Below, in pieces: positions 13,201 to 28,200 of a DNA stretch of 64,000 nucleotides (positions are counted from its first letter, which is position 1; each line of letters starts with the position of its first letter). Source of the stretch: Laetmonice hystrix (Eukaryota); NCBI GenBank assembly GCA_965235115.1, contig OZ249436.1, positions 9,610,001-9,674,000 on the forward strand. Direction: 5' to 3'. A model generated the notes under the pieces. That model worked only from the letters and a program-made list of their open reading frames with translations, was not told the DNA's origin and made no database searches. The position numbers were made by a program, and so were the translations under genes.

Positions 13201-16200
13201 CACTGCACTGGGGCGGTACAAGTGTTCAGGCAAAGGTTCTCTCACGCTGTCTTCCTGCTGGACGAGGGAGAATGTTTCTGACGGAGTGTAGAGGCGAGGG
13301 CCGCCGCCGCCGCCGGAGTCGGACCCGTCTCTATAACATGCGGGTACACAACCATGCAACCGTGGCAGTCAGTTAACATCACTGACGGCACTCAGCCAAC
13401 AGCCGCGATAACCAACAAAACGACATTTCCATAGACATGGCTTGGAAAAATCGATATGGGTGTGTTACTATCGTACTTGGGGGTGGTAGGGTTGTCAAAC
13501 TGGGTCGAACAAATGACCAGGTAAGCGTGAGAAAAACCGGTGGAGACGGAGAGTCACTGTGATCGCAAACCCTCCCCCCCCGAACTTTTATCGGACCACG
13601 CCCTCCTCTGATAGATTCAGTGAATGACACGTTAACAATTAAATTATCACTATCTCTTCCTGCTACTCTTTACCATTCATGGCTAATTTTAAAAGTTGTG
13701 ATAAGTTTTTACCGGTATATTGGGTGGTTAATATTTGAGATGTATTATGTCGGTTTGTCATCTTTCAGACTCACTACGTATGAATTAGTTTTAATGTCAA
13801 AGCTGATGTATTTGGACTGTACAGAGTCAGTCACACAATAATCGATTTCCTTCTCGGCCTCCTCCAACAACTTTTATCCGTAATGTCAGAAATACAAAAT
13901 ATAGTGCTACCATGACAAAACAGCAACTACTCTCTAAGTTCTTAATCCAAAACTGACTAGAACATCTCTAGTTTCTATGTCTAAACATCAGACCCTTCTA
14001 GACAAAGACATACAAGACCAATAAAACAGTTTGGAAAAGGTTAGATTTTAAACACAAACTACCTCAAGTTTCCTGGTGGTTACTAGAATATCTATTGCAA
14101 AAATAATGCCACACAAACCCATATTCCCACTAGAATCCTACCGAGAATATATCACGTCACCCGATTCACAGTGTTTTAGCACCAAATCATTTGTTAGTCA
14201 GGTTGGAATTACTCTAGCATCAACAACGTTCTCCACACCACTAAATAAGGAGCGAACAGTTACACAACACACTATTCAGTCTGCATTCCTTTCATGCATG
14301 TAAACAATGAAGTATTTTCAACTGGAAAATTGACGGAAATGCATGTATGTATGTGTGTATGTACCTGCGCCATGGTGGAGTCGGATCTGTAAAGGAGAGA
14401 GATTTGTAAAAGTGATCATTAAACGGCGGACTGGTAAGAAATTCTCACCCGGAGCAAATGTCAACCACAGTTTGACCACCCAACATCTCAAAGTGACCCT
14501 TATCGTGGTTTGTAAAACGATATCAGACCTCAACATGTCAAACATGCTACAATGCTAAATTTGTTCACATCAGTATTTGTATCCATTAACTGAAATCCAC
14601 GTTTCTAAGCCAATTACCGGTATAACTACGTGTCTAAGCTCCTGTGGTGCTTTTTCCGTTATAATTTTTCATGATGAATTGGGCCGCATCTTTTCAAATA
14701 AAAACACCACCTTGAGTCATTACTAACATATTACATGTATATTGCCGGTACATGTGGTGTTATATAAGAAATGCGTCTACAAGTGAAGAAAAGCCTTTCA
14801 GCCTGGTATTACCGCCCGACATCAGACCCTACAGATGACGTTTTATCACCATAGGATTCTTTGATGGAACTGTTGCTATACAATCCCATGGGAGAGTTGA
14901 ACTGGGTGTGAACGACATTCCTGGAGGCTGGGTAGGATGTATGACTGGCCGGGGACGGGCCTCGACCTGACTGTCGGTACGTATCTACCTCTGAAATCAG
15001 CACACACCATGCAGCTAACACACGGCCAGAACATGGCAAACACGACGTGTGACAGGCAACTAATAAAACTGTTCGTCCAGAGAAAAACGTGGGGGGGGGG
15101 GGGGGGTGAGGATTCAAACGTTTTCAAAATGTGGAATTGTGATGATTAGGAACAGAAAATAAAATCGATACAGCTAAAGTCAGTCACAAACATTAAAGCC
15201 ACTCAGCACACAATTAACTCACGATCTTACAAGTGCATGACGTTACAAACGCGTCCAGTAACGGTTCAAATCAGTCTGCAATACATCTGACAGGTTGGAA
15301 GGACTCAGATATCTTTATAGCGTAATCTTTAAGTTTATTTAGTTTACACGTCAAATCTAAATGCTATGTCTAGCAATCTTCCATTCATTTGTACTGGTAA
15401 ATTTACTACAAATCACGCAAAGGCAAACCTAAAGGACCGTCAGGTTCCTACGTTTTTTGGCTCTTCATGCACTGTGATTCGCAGGGTTTTATAGAATGAA
15501 AGTCATTGCTAATTTTAGTGGGATCTTTTCTTTTTCTCCTGCTTACTGAAATATTCCAGTTTCATTAATCACTTCCAAAATACCAAATCCAGAACTCCTC
15601 AGCAGTAATCTAAACAATTTAGACATTGCGCTTATTTTCAGTTACAGTGATCGTTTGACCTTACCATTGCTGCCCGAGTCCAACTGATTTTGAAGCATTT
15701 TGAAAGTCTTCGACTTAATGTTGGAACTCGACGTGTCTGGATATTGGTTTTCCTCCTCCTGTTGTTGTACAAGGCTTTGTGTGGGACTACTGAAGGCTGC
15801 CGAGCGAGGGCTGTCCCGTTTTGTGGAGGGTTTCCAGACAGGAGTTGTGACCACAGGCTCTGGGGCCGGCGGCGATTTGTCGACCTTCCAGGGCGGAGTG
15901 GCTGCTCGAGGTTCAAACCTCGTCGGTGAGGGCACAGGGGACGGTTTCTTCTCCAGACCAGTTTTCCAGGGAGGGGTGGGGGCCCCAGTTTTGGACTGGG
16001 ATGAGTTAGTCTGGGACGGGGAATGGCCGGTGTTATAGACGTCACCATGCAAACCACTCGGGCTTTGGCTGTGGTTATGGTTATGGTCATGCAACATGCT
16101 ACCACCAGGTGGCGTGGGCGACGAGGAGGAACCATCATCACTACTGCAAGAGAAAGGCACAGAAATATGTGAGGCTGAAGGAGAGACATCACAGGCAAAT

Positions 16201-19200
16201 ATTCATGCAGCAAAAACTGAGGACAAACTGAGAACCATAGATCCATTTGAAGAAATACTTTACTGCTAGCAAGTTTCACACCGCCTTACTTATAGTGAAT
16301 GATATCTCATGAATAATACTTTACACAGCTATATTCTTCTTAGACCTCAAATGAAGAACTTGACTATCTAGACCACTACAGCATCGAGAAATATGTTGCC
16401 AAGAAAATGCCCAAACCCATGCATCAATAGATTATTTATTTCCAAGGTAAAGAACAGATACGTTAGAAAGTGTAAGCAAAACTGCCAGAGACGCCATCGG
16501 AAGATGCACTTTGCACTATGCAATCAATAGTGTTTTCTGGTGGTGTCCGATAACATGGTTTATGCGTGGGCCAAGTTCCAGGTGGGCGGAGAGCTGTGGC
16601 GACAACCTACCCTGAAACATTCATGGCTCTGGTCTGGCCGGTTAGACTGTCCATGACGTTATCCACCGAGTACATGCTGAGGGGCGTGTTGTACTGCTTG
16701 TTCATCACCACCGGCACTGTGCCGCCCCCGCCTGGCACGAACGGGCGGGCTGCCTTGTTGTAATTCTACAAACAGGATCAATATAATGGCTCACCTTAAT
16801 ATGGACAAAGGAAAGACAACCCACAGCGACCAAGGTCATAAAGAGGGGGTTATAAACAACCCTACACACAACGGTAACCCACATGGACAGGCTATATAAG
16901 TAAAACACAATAACCATGGCAACCAGTCAATAAACATTAGGTCGTGACTGCCAGTCAATATACAGATAACTAAGACAGCCCACCAACCGAAGTATTTATA
17001 CAATTCATACCTCTGTCAATGGCCCAAGTCGGTTATGTGTATAGACATAAGTCTGTCTAAACTTAGTGTAAGATTCAGATGGACATGGCTAACAGATTAA
17101 TGGTGATAGATACATTCCCCTACACTATTCGGGCTGGAGATGTTCCTGCTGAGAACCTGGCACTAATACCGAACACTATTCGGGCTGGAGATGTTCCTCC
17201 TGAGAACCTGGCACTAATACCGAACACTATTCGGGCTGGAGATGTTCCTCCTGAGAACTAGGCACTAATACCGAACACTATTCGGGCTGGAGATGTTCCT
17301 CTTGAGAACTAGGCACTAATACCGAACACTATTCGGGCTGGAGATGTTCCTGCTGAGAACCTGGCACTAATACCGAACACTATTCGGGCTGGAGATGTTC
17401 CTCCTGAGAACCTGGCACTAATACCGAACACTATTCGGGCTGGAGATGTTCCTCCTGAGAACTAGGCACTAATACCGAACACTATTCGGGCTGGAGATGT
17501 TCCTCCTGAGAACTAGGCACTAATACCGAACACTATTCGGGCCGGAGATGTTCCTGCTGAGAACTAGGCACTAATACCGAACACTATTCGGGCTGGAGAT
17601 GTTCCTCCTGAGAACTAGGCACTAATACCGAACACTATTCGGGCCGGAGATGTTCCTGCTGAGAACTAGGCACTAATACCGAACACTATTCGGGCTGGAG
17701 ATGTTCCTGCTGAGAACTAGGCACTAATACCGAACACTATTCGGGCTGGAGATGTTCCTGCTGAGAACTAGGCACTAATACCGAACACTATTCGGGCTGG
17801 AGATGTTCCTGCTGAGAACTAGGCACTAATACCGAACACTATTCGGGCTGGAGATGTTCCTGCTGAGAACTAGGCTCTAATATCGAACACTATTCGGGCT
17901 GGAGATGTTCCTCCTGAGAACTGGGCACTATTAGTATTATCAAGAATGGTGGATCTTGGTATTATCACTGACAGGATATGACAGCGGTGGGGAAACTGGT
18001 AGACAAAGATGGAAATTCTGGGACGTATGATACAGAGTACATTCATTCCTTGCATCAACAAGTCTAATTTAATGTTTCCCAAATGTCTTCTCAATGAGTA
18101 TGCCAGCCCATACGGCTCCACTACCTTGTACATGGTCCTAGTAGTCAGGTAGTTTATACAATAAGCCTTGACTTTCACTACCTTGTACATGGTCCTAGTA
18201 GTCAGGTAGTTTATACAATAAGCCTTGACTTTCACTACCTTGTACATGGTCCTAGTAGTCAGGTAGTTTATACAATTAGCCTTGACTTTCACTACCTTGT
18301 ACATGGTCCTAGTAGTCAGGTAGTTTATACAATAAGCCTGGACTTTCACTACCTTGTACATGGTCCTAGTAGTCAGGTAGTTTATACAATAAGCCTTGAC
18401 TTTCAAACAGCTGACTCCAGCAGTACGGGGGGAGTGCTGGGAGGAGGTCGAGGGACCGATATAGATGGCAGATCCCAGCATCCAGCCCTCCCGCTATATA
18501 TACACCCACTAAGACAGGAGGACTACTCTCTGAGCCACAACTACATCACTACAGGCAAACCTGGCCAATGTCTCCCACATTTCGGACCCGGTACATTCCA
18601 CTACACTATCACTATGAAACTACGAAAATCACGCAGAGAAACAAGTTTTAACCAGAACACTTTTCCCATTAATTTTGTCATTTTATGTAGTACTACCTGA
18701 GGTCGTAATTCCGTGTATCCGGTAGGCCTACTAGTATCCTGTAGAGATTCTGCTGTCAGACCTTAGCCTGGTACATAGACCTTAGAAAATGTGCTGGCTT
18801 TTATTCAATGACAACTACATGTGTACTTCCTTTTTCTAGAATCCACCCTGCGTTTGCTAAGGCTTTAGCGATTTAGAATACAATGTTTTGCTCCAACCTC
18901 AAGGCGGGCATGGAATGCACATTGATTATTATGGACGGATAGACTTATTTGGAAAGATTAAAAAACATAAGTTAAAATGCTTTGAGGTCCATCATACTTA
19001 TTTTAAGGAGACTGAACCGACTGAAGCATCATGAATTATGCTGAATTTTATTTGAATATGAAGAAAATATGAAACGAAATTGGGTCAGCGCGTTATGAGT
19101 TTTTTCCTCCACATTTATCACCTGCCGAATCTGGTGGCCGAGTATACTGTGGCTGTTGTAGAGAGGTGCCCCAGGGACGTTTAGACTGGCAGCTTTCTGA

Positions 19201-22200
19201 AGTGGAGCCACCTCCCCCGACTATTCTGACCTTGCTCACTGGGCCAGATGGCAAGGTTTAACCCGCACCGCGCCATGTTCACAATGTTCTCAAACTGAGC
19301 TTAGCTCGAGATCATAGAGTACTGACGTGCAGATAGCCTGCAGAGTAATACCCGCAGGGATTAAAAAAACATAATCAGCCTTGTTTTAAGGTCAGGACAT
19401 TTGTGTGTATCGCATGTCAATGTTTGACTCGCTACATGTACAGAGAGGGGGGCGGCTAATTGGAGGGAGATCAAATAATGTCACCCAGCTCCCTTAAAAA
19501 AATTAACACCTAAAGGTCATGCTGGAGTGTTCTGACACATTAACAAGTTTTATATCTTCACACAATCTCAACTAGTGATGTCCAGACTAGAATACAAATT
19601 AAACCAAAATATGTCAGTCCATTTGAAGAGAAATAAATGGGATCGACTTTCAAATTCATAAATCCTTTTCTGACCCGCAACTGAACGCAATGTTTGATAT
19701 GATTTAAGACATTTTTACTGGAGTCAAAAAAGAGTAAAAATACAAAAAAACATACATGTAATATATACAGAATGATATCCAACCCCTTGAAACATAATTT
19801 CCAACCTTTTAAATATTATTATTTTTGTTTATTTAAATATTTACAGTACTTTTACTAAAGGATTATGTCTTAAATTAGTACGCCCATCTCTTGAAAATAG
19901 CAGGTCTCCGACGAATTATTTCAGATATTAAATAAATCGTTAAAGAGCCTTACAGGTTGTTGGCTGGGTGGCGGCTGATAGCTGGGCTCTGCGGGTGGTT
20001 GATAAGGAGCATAGGTAGAAGGAGCTGGCGCCTGAGCCATCGGCCGGGAAGCACCAGAGGTACCTCTACAAAATACAACAAAAGTAATCGTCAATATCTT
20101 TAAACATGAAACGACCAGTCGTGTCGACCTACCAGTGGCAGAGGTACCTCTACAAAATACAACAAAAGTAATCGTCAATATCTTTAAACATGAAACGACC
20201 AACAGTGCAGAGCTATTCACAGGCTTACTCTGGGGCATCATCTATTACTACAACCATGGAGAACTTCATAAAACTGTGCACTAGCAGACCGGAAACTTTA
20301 CTACAACCATGGAGAACTTCATAAAACTGTACACCAGCAGACAGGAAACTTTACTACAACCATGGAGAACTTCATAAGACTGTGCACCAGCAGACCGGAA
20401 ACTTCACTACAACCATGGAGAACTTCATAAAACTGTACACCAGCAGACCGGAACCTTTACTACAACCATGGAGAACTTCATAAAACTGTGTGCACCAGCA
20501 GGCCGGAACCTTTACTACAACCATGGAGAACTTCATAAAACTGTGCACTAGCAGACCGGAACCTTTACTACAACCATGGAGAACTTCATAAAACTGTGCA
20601 CCAGCAGGCCGGAACCTTTACTACAACCATGGAGAACTTCACAAAACTGTACACCAGCAGACCGGAACCTTTACTACAACCATGGAGAACTTCATAAAAT
20701 TGTGTGCACCAGCAGGCCGGAACCTTTACTACAACCATGGAGAACTTCATAAAACTGTGCACTAGCAGACCAGAACCTTTACTACAACCATGGAGAACTT
20801 CATAAAACTGTGCACCAGCAGGCCGGAACCTTTACTACAACCATGGAGAACTTCATAAAACTGTGCACCAGCAGACCGGAAACTTTACTACAACCATGGA
20901 GAACTTCATAAAATTGTGTGCACCAGCAGGCCGGAACCTTTACTACAACCATGGAGAACTTCATAAAACTGTGCACCAGCAGACCGGAAACTTTACTACA
21001 ACCATGGAGAACTTCATAAAATTGTGTGCACCAGCAGGCCGGAACCTTTACTACAACCATGGAGAACTTCATAAAACTGTGCACCAGCAGACCGGAAACT
21101 TTACTACAACCATGGAGAACTTCATAAAATTGTGTGCACCAGCAGGCCGGAACCTTTACTACAACCATGGAGAACTTCATAAAACTGTGCACCAGCAGAC
21201 AGGAAACTTTACTACAACCATGGAGAACTTCATAAAACTGTGCACCAGCAGACCGGAAACTTTACTACAACCATGGAGAACTTCATAAAACTGTACAACA
21301 GTGGACCGGAAACTTTCTATGGTATTTTCAATCAGAAATAGAAATCAATTATACCTGAGGAGTCTATATTTGATCACAGCATGAGTACTTCACCACACTG
21401 CCATGCCGATAGCTGTGGGGTTCAATTACCAGTGACATTTAATACGACCATTTCCAATGCATGCGGTTGAGAGCCTTCTCGTTTAGGACCAGCCGGTTGA
21501 CATTACAGAATCACTGCGCTACACAGAACCTGTCCGTAGTAACCACAGCCGTCGGCTTAAACAACACTCCTGTAAATTACTGTGCCCTCAAGCCGTGTTT
21601 AAAATGAAATCACGGTTCTCTCCAATGACTACAGTCGACACCAACATCAGGAAAAACGCAATTCGTCCCACTCTACCCCTCTACGACACCGTAGTGAGAT
21701 AAAAAATAAATCTCACACAAACTATTCATCAGCAAAGGTCTCGTGATTACCACCAACAGCGCCAAATATAACACTGCCCAGAATTATTTGAAACCAAAAT
21801 AAGTACCGTGGTAACCTTTTTATGTGTTCTTTTTACCAGTATTTATAGGCGACCTGTACCCTGGTCTTCTAGTCGGGACAGGCATGTAACACTTGTGCAA
21901 ACCAGTTGGTATTTGGAAAGGTAGTAGTCAGGGTTTCTTGCAGACCCGTTTTTTGGCGGGAGACTCCTTCTAAAAAAATCAGTTACTCTACCACATGTAC
22001 TACCAAAAGTTTCCTGGCTTTACTCCTTCAAAATGCCTACCACTACGCTAACCCCCCACCCCCCACCCCCCCACCCCCGTGGTGATAAGTCTGCTTATAA
22101 CACACACATCGAACTCCTCCATGTAACCAACTGTAATAATGACTTTCAACTTTCAAACTATTCAAACTTTGATGTCGAAAACGACACCTGTTTTAAACCA

Positions 22201-25200
22201 CAAAACCGGTAAATACAGTACAGTAATATCTATGCCATGGAAAAAAGATTGTTCATATACACGTTAGCCAACTACAATACTCTAGTCATACAAATCAATA
22301 CTGTAAATTATAGTAAATGGATATGTGGATATTCGATACTGTTAAATGATTTAATTAGAGTTGTTGGTAGAGTACCGGTAGTGCTCAACGTGTTTAAAGT
22401 TCATCTCGGGGCTTTACTTGTGATACCCCGACCATGTGTTTGATGCCGACGTATATTTTAACGACCAGAGGTCCTACTGCGCCCAGGCCCCACGACGACC
22501 TCCGAATTCTGTCAATATCTACGGTTTATGGCTCCCTGTTGTAGACTTGATGGCCCCTGCAGCAGTCAGCCATGGACCGGTATACCACCCAGATATACTG
22601 GATCGTTTACAACCTTTATCATGGATATGAAGGCTGTCTACTTCAAACCATGACAACCAATGGGGTTCTCGATAACATTCACCATACAACGCCTTGTAGT
22701 TTGTGGTATCTTTATCTCACCATTGCCTCTTAAACAATATCAATTGACATTCGGGAAATAAATGATGCTGGTGCCGGTGCCCTACTTGTCAAATGTAGAT
22801 TCGTTTTCAAAAGTCTGTAGAACATCCTACTGGTAATCCCCAGGTATTGTTTGAATTGCTTTATGGCATTCGATATCGACCCGTGCTTGTCGTATTACTA
22901 AAGTAGGTCCCTCTTGGTGAAGGTGTGCAGGAATGTCTTTGATATTTCTGCACAGTCCTTATTCTAGTCTACAACATACGGTACATCATACATGTACATG
23001 TGTAGGCTATGGTGATGCCCAACTATTCTAGTAGAGTATCGAGTAGACAGACCAGTTGATGTCAATCATCGGGAGTTGGGAGGGAAGATGGTACATGGCA
23101 GATTGACTGAAACCAGCGTTTTCTGTGTGAATCAGCAGAGGACGGTGTGATCACTCTCTGAGACTTCAGGAAACATCGCCCAGAAAAACATGGCTATAGG
23201 TTATCAATGTGTTCCAGTTAGTTCTCTCCCATTGGTTGTTGATATTACGGGTGATGGCGGCCAGAAAATATAATTCCTTTTAATCAACAGCGGCAGATAA
23301 GGTTTTATAAGAGGTTTTATCGATATTATATATTCCTGACCATAACTTCCTTCATGGCCCCACGATTTCAACATAATCCAAGGTCATACGCTAGCCTACT
23401 GTTGTAAGAACCCCCGGTACATGTGCCCTGTTCCTGTCTTGCCTTGTTCTAACAAAAAACGGACGTGGCCACAGAGGATGACTGTATTTTTTCCTAACAC
23501 ACTTTAATACCTCAATGAGCAATATGTACCGGTGTCAAGCTGGTACATCACCGTATTTCTCACTTTGAGTTTGGTTTCTACCTGTGCAGCTGTAAGTCAC
23601 ATCAACACTAGGATCAATACTGTCACCTCTGGAAGCACTGGAATGACCCGCTATCATGAGGTCTATTGACACAGCCTTCTCTCACTGATAGTACGATATA
23701 ACAGGGTTCATCTCTCACAAACAGCTGGCAGGGTGATTCCATCTCACGGCTAGACCTGTCACTCAGCACGATGCCAGCCTCACAACGCACGCAGGCCTAT
23801 AGCTGAAGCTGATGGCTGGCTTTCCAGTTATTCAGTCCCAAGAGTATTGTTCTCATTCTTGATTCTACGTTTTGCATTTGTTGAAGATGTAACTTGTCCC
23901 TGGGTATGTTGTTTCTGCTAAACCAGGAGTTTGAACTCTGCTACCAACCAGGTCGTGACCTTGCTTTATATTGAACTTTGCCCTCAAATAACATCTTCAG
24001 CAGGTCAAGCTCAGGTCGCGGTGGGTAATCCTCTCAGACTTGCTGAAGACGAGCTCTTCACCGCCTCCCTGAATGATCTTTAGATTCAAAGAGTCACAAC
24101 ATAATCTCCTGGCGTGTACTGCCTTCTAGATACATGCATACTGAGATATGGCCATAACCAGAAGAAATATTACTGTTAATTTTACTAGGCCTACCACCTT
24201 AGAACTCCCACAAACCATTGAGAATTCAGAAAAAAGTCTGCTTCCATTCATTAATCGCGAACATAATACAACAGATAGACCTTTAAATAAATTCGAGAAA
24301 GAAAAAAAATCGTCCACCCAGTGGTATCTGTAGGCTAGTAGTTAGAGGCCCCCATTATCATTCAAGTCTGCCAAGGATGGGACATATTTAGCAATGTATC
24401 CCATGTGTAGCGGTATGTGCGGCGGCCAAGATCATTTAGTCTGTTGATGTCGGGTATCACTGTAGTCAGTTATGTACCCACAGGTCGGCCTGGTGGTTAG
24501 CCGTACACACATCATGCCAAGTTTCCATCAGTTCATGACAAACCTAACCATGTACTGCTGGGAGTGTGAAGGTATTTCCTTCCTAAACTAACGCGACCGA
24601 ATCACAGGTCTCTCCAGCCATCGGGCGACGTGCCTTTCTGGCTCCACTCTGGTGAAGCCATCCACATCACTAACTCACAAGGCGCGTTCGACTGTACACA
24701 GACACCCTGACAATGGGTGGGTGCCAAAAGGTCATGTCGGTAATTGAACAGTAGCTCGCACATCCACTCTATCACAGTTCCAACAAAGTTTTGTGACATG
24801 AATCATGTCAAAAGGTTTTTGTTGATGGACGAATCCAGGAAATAATTACATCGGAGGACAAGAATGTAGACCTGATCGAGTGTCTCATGCTATGGTACTG
24901 AAAGACTATTCTATCTCACAGCACGCAATTTGATATCAATACGTCAGATGATAATGGTATATACCGTTAGCAATCCAAAAATAATTTAGTTTACCCATAA
25001 AATCCTCTAGTTTCATCATCACAAAGAATAGTCGAGGAAAAGCAGAGCTATTTCAAGCATGACGTCTGATACGGAGAACACATACCCAAGGGAGTGACAA
25101 AAGATTACAGATTACAAATGGAAGAGGTCTTTTACAGTCTAGTACAAGGCAGATACTCCATCTCAACATTGGCCCGGAGGTCCTATGATTAAGGCTAACA

Positions 25201-28200
25201 GGAATTTAAATCAAACCTTATTAAACAGTATGACTACTGCAATATTTAAAGCTTAATTATGATCATCATATATCAGTGCTTGCTGGCAAGATCATTTTGA
25301 ATCCATACTGTGGGATTTCCTTCTTTCTTTATTTTTTCATTATCTAATGGACAATTCCACATTCACAGAGTATAATGACATAATGTCTAAGTAACATGTC
25401 TTAGTGCATCATGATATCAATGTAGTCTATGGTTATGTTTCTGGCGTTCAGAATTACATGATGTGGTATGGTCCATGATCTAAGTCCAAAGTTCTCTCTC
25501 ACTCTCCTGTATCCAGGTCACCACTTTCATCCCCTGTTAACGGCCTGTTCCTAGACGGGTTCTAAGATAACGCCACAACAAAATCTTACTCTATTGGTTT
25601 TTGTCGATCAACTTAAAACAAAAGTTATCTTTATGGTTCCCTGCCCTTGTTGACAAGCAGTCCCGGGGTATTAAAAACTTCTTAAACCAAGGAGGTCTTG
25701 AAAGAGATTTACCCGACTTGGGTTTGCAAGGCAAGCCCTGCATGGTACCGACTATTAAGGATTCATGGAGGACTTATAGTTGTCATCTAAACGATCACCC
25801 TGAGGCAAAGACTTGAGGATAAGTGTAGGAGCGTAGTTGTCCTTGACAGTACTCTATGTAATCACTGCGGTACACTGAGTGATGGTTAGGATCGATTTGT
25901 ATCGGTGCTGTAAAGAGGGCAAACTGTGGAATGTGACACCTCATTGACCTCAGTAAGGCGACATCACTGCAGTGTGTCATAGGGACATTATTGTGACATT
26001 AGGATATTAGTGTGTCATTAACTTCATTATCCCCTCACTGATGACAACATTTTAGTCAGATTCGGTGATGCACTACATGTACAGGAGAGCTGTTATTCAG
26101 ACACGGGTATCCTAATCATTTATAACCTTGAAGCCATCATCATTAGTTTCAATTGTCTGAATTTGGACATCACTTTCTAATGGTTTCCACCATGACAAAT
26201 GGATAAGACTGCTGTATTCTTTGTCTTGGTTCATATTATGTGTGTCACTTTCTATCTGAGGCCGGTGACACAGTGGCACGAGCCTCAGTGTCAGTTTTTC
26301 ATATTCATTAGCTAGGTCACATCCTCCTCCACTTCCTATGCAAAGACTTCTGACCTAGTTTTCTACTGATATCCTGGAAATGATCTGATATATACCCAAT
26401 GGTTCATTGATTACCATAATGTTCATGATGCTTGCACTTCATGTACAAGGGAGGGGTATTCAGTGTATAACCCAGAGCACAACACGAACCTTTGTTGATT
26501 TTCAGGTGTTGACTCAATTTAACTCTCTATGCATCAGTGGCGCATGTCTGCTGGTTTGCAACATTTTGTTTTGATGACATTTCACCACTGCTGGGACAAA
26601 ACGTTTTGTAAAGGTCAATGCCATGCAGCAGTAGGAGCACAACATCTCTGTACTATTATTCATTGATCAGTCTTTGCTTTATAATGCAAATGGCCTTGAT
26701 GACTTCAAACCATCAAGTCTACTGTGTCGGGTCACCCACCTAAAAATGTTGTCACCTCACTCTGCCTTACCATATTTCAAGTGAATGGACAGATGAATCA
26801 CTTAAATTAGCCAGCCTAAAACCCCCTCGAACGGCGCCCTTGGCCTGGCTGCAGGTTCAGACCATGTATGTTGTGTTTTGCTTTCGCAAAATTAAGAAAA
26901 AGGGGGGGGGTGTCACACCAAGAAATGCAAGCACTAATTCACTTGCCAGACGATCTTTTGATGATGTTTCAGACTCTGTTTTCAGAGTCATTTACGTAAT
27001 AGTACCAAACATAATAGTTCAGAAAACGTTTACACATTATTTTCTCTCCTATGATGCCAACCTCTGAGTCGTTAGTCCCTGATCCATAATTATTTTGGAC
27101 TGTCTATAACGTGTTAGGTTCTTTTCCTCTTAGTAGCATTAGCCAGGATTCTCACCCAAGATGCTCTCAATATCCTTAATCTTGCCAACAAAAATATTCT
27201 CATGCCTAATTAATCAAATACGCCGCCAGGTGCCCCAGTGCCAGGTAGTTTCTGTGCAGTTGACCTCTATGACCCCCTCTCCTTTTAATATACCTCCTGG
27301 TGACCTCTGGCTGGCTGGCTGGCCAAGTAACAAGCAAGTAACAACCCCTCCTGGTGATGATACTACAGGTACCTCCCACATGTAGCATCACCCCTGGCAA
27401 CCTACGCCTTGCAACAGGAAACCCCTGGCCAGTACTGCTAGACTAAACTTAAAGTAACACTGGCCCCAGGTCCTCAGGAAATGACTTTACAACCCCAAGG
27501 AAGAATAGGTCGGAATGGTCTGTTTTTCTAGTTACTAAATACATACATCAACGAACACCCAGAATCATCATCATATAAAATAGTGTACTTAAAGATTTGG
27601 TTATGATGAATTACATTGGTATTCATTTCTTTTTAAAAACATGCTACAATCTTGAACAATTCAATTATTTTGCCCTGGTCATTCAGCAACAACAAAACTC
27701 CCCTATTTTTACCCCAATATTTACCATTTAATTCACTGTTACAAATGTCTCCATACCTTCTGTTACAAAGGGGTTCACCGTTTCTGACTTGCTCTGATTG
27801 AGTTTCTCCTATATCAACATCAATTTATTTGTGCATTCATATACCACACGAGTGAGTATATCACCAAGAGTTTATAAAAGGGGGCTTGTCTTGCTGCACT
27901 TCATAAAACATTTTTATTTCAGGTGCTAGTATACTTTCTGTGATCATCTCTCTTCATCTCAGTGTACATCGTCTGTGTGAACTCTCACCTTAGTAGCGCC
28001 AGCTCCAACGAGTTGCCTGCACGCATGATCATCCCCTGGGCTTCCTTATGTCTCAGGCTGTCCGTAGGTGTGTCCCCTATCTTCGTAATGGTATCGCCCG
28101 TACAGACACCACATTTTGCTGCTAGGCTGCCAGGTGTGACCTATTTCCAGGGGGAGAAAGGTTGTCCGTTAGAGCCGGACCAAGGTATGAGCGGCATGTG

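Noticed and set aside
19122-19275. Possible extra gene A exon (VAPLQKAASLNVPGAPLYNSHSILGHQIRQ, phase 0-0)
   Set aside because: It needs a GAG acceptor without a pyrimidine tract and a weak gtgata donor, and has no family motif.
17122-21300. Short-repeat arrays as CRISPR-like loci or repeat-protein ORFs
   Set aside because: Units are head-to-tail without unique spacers, there are no cas genes and the context is a eukaryotic intron. The periodic ORFs follow from unit lengths that are multiples of 3.
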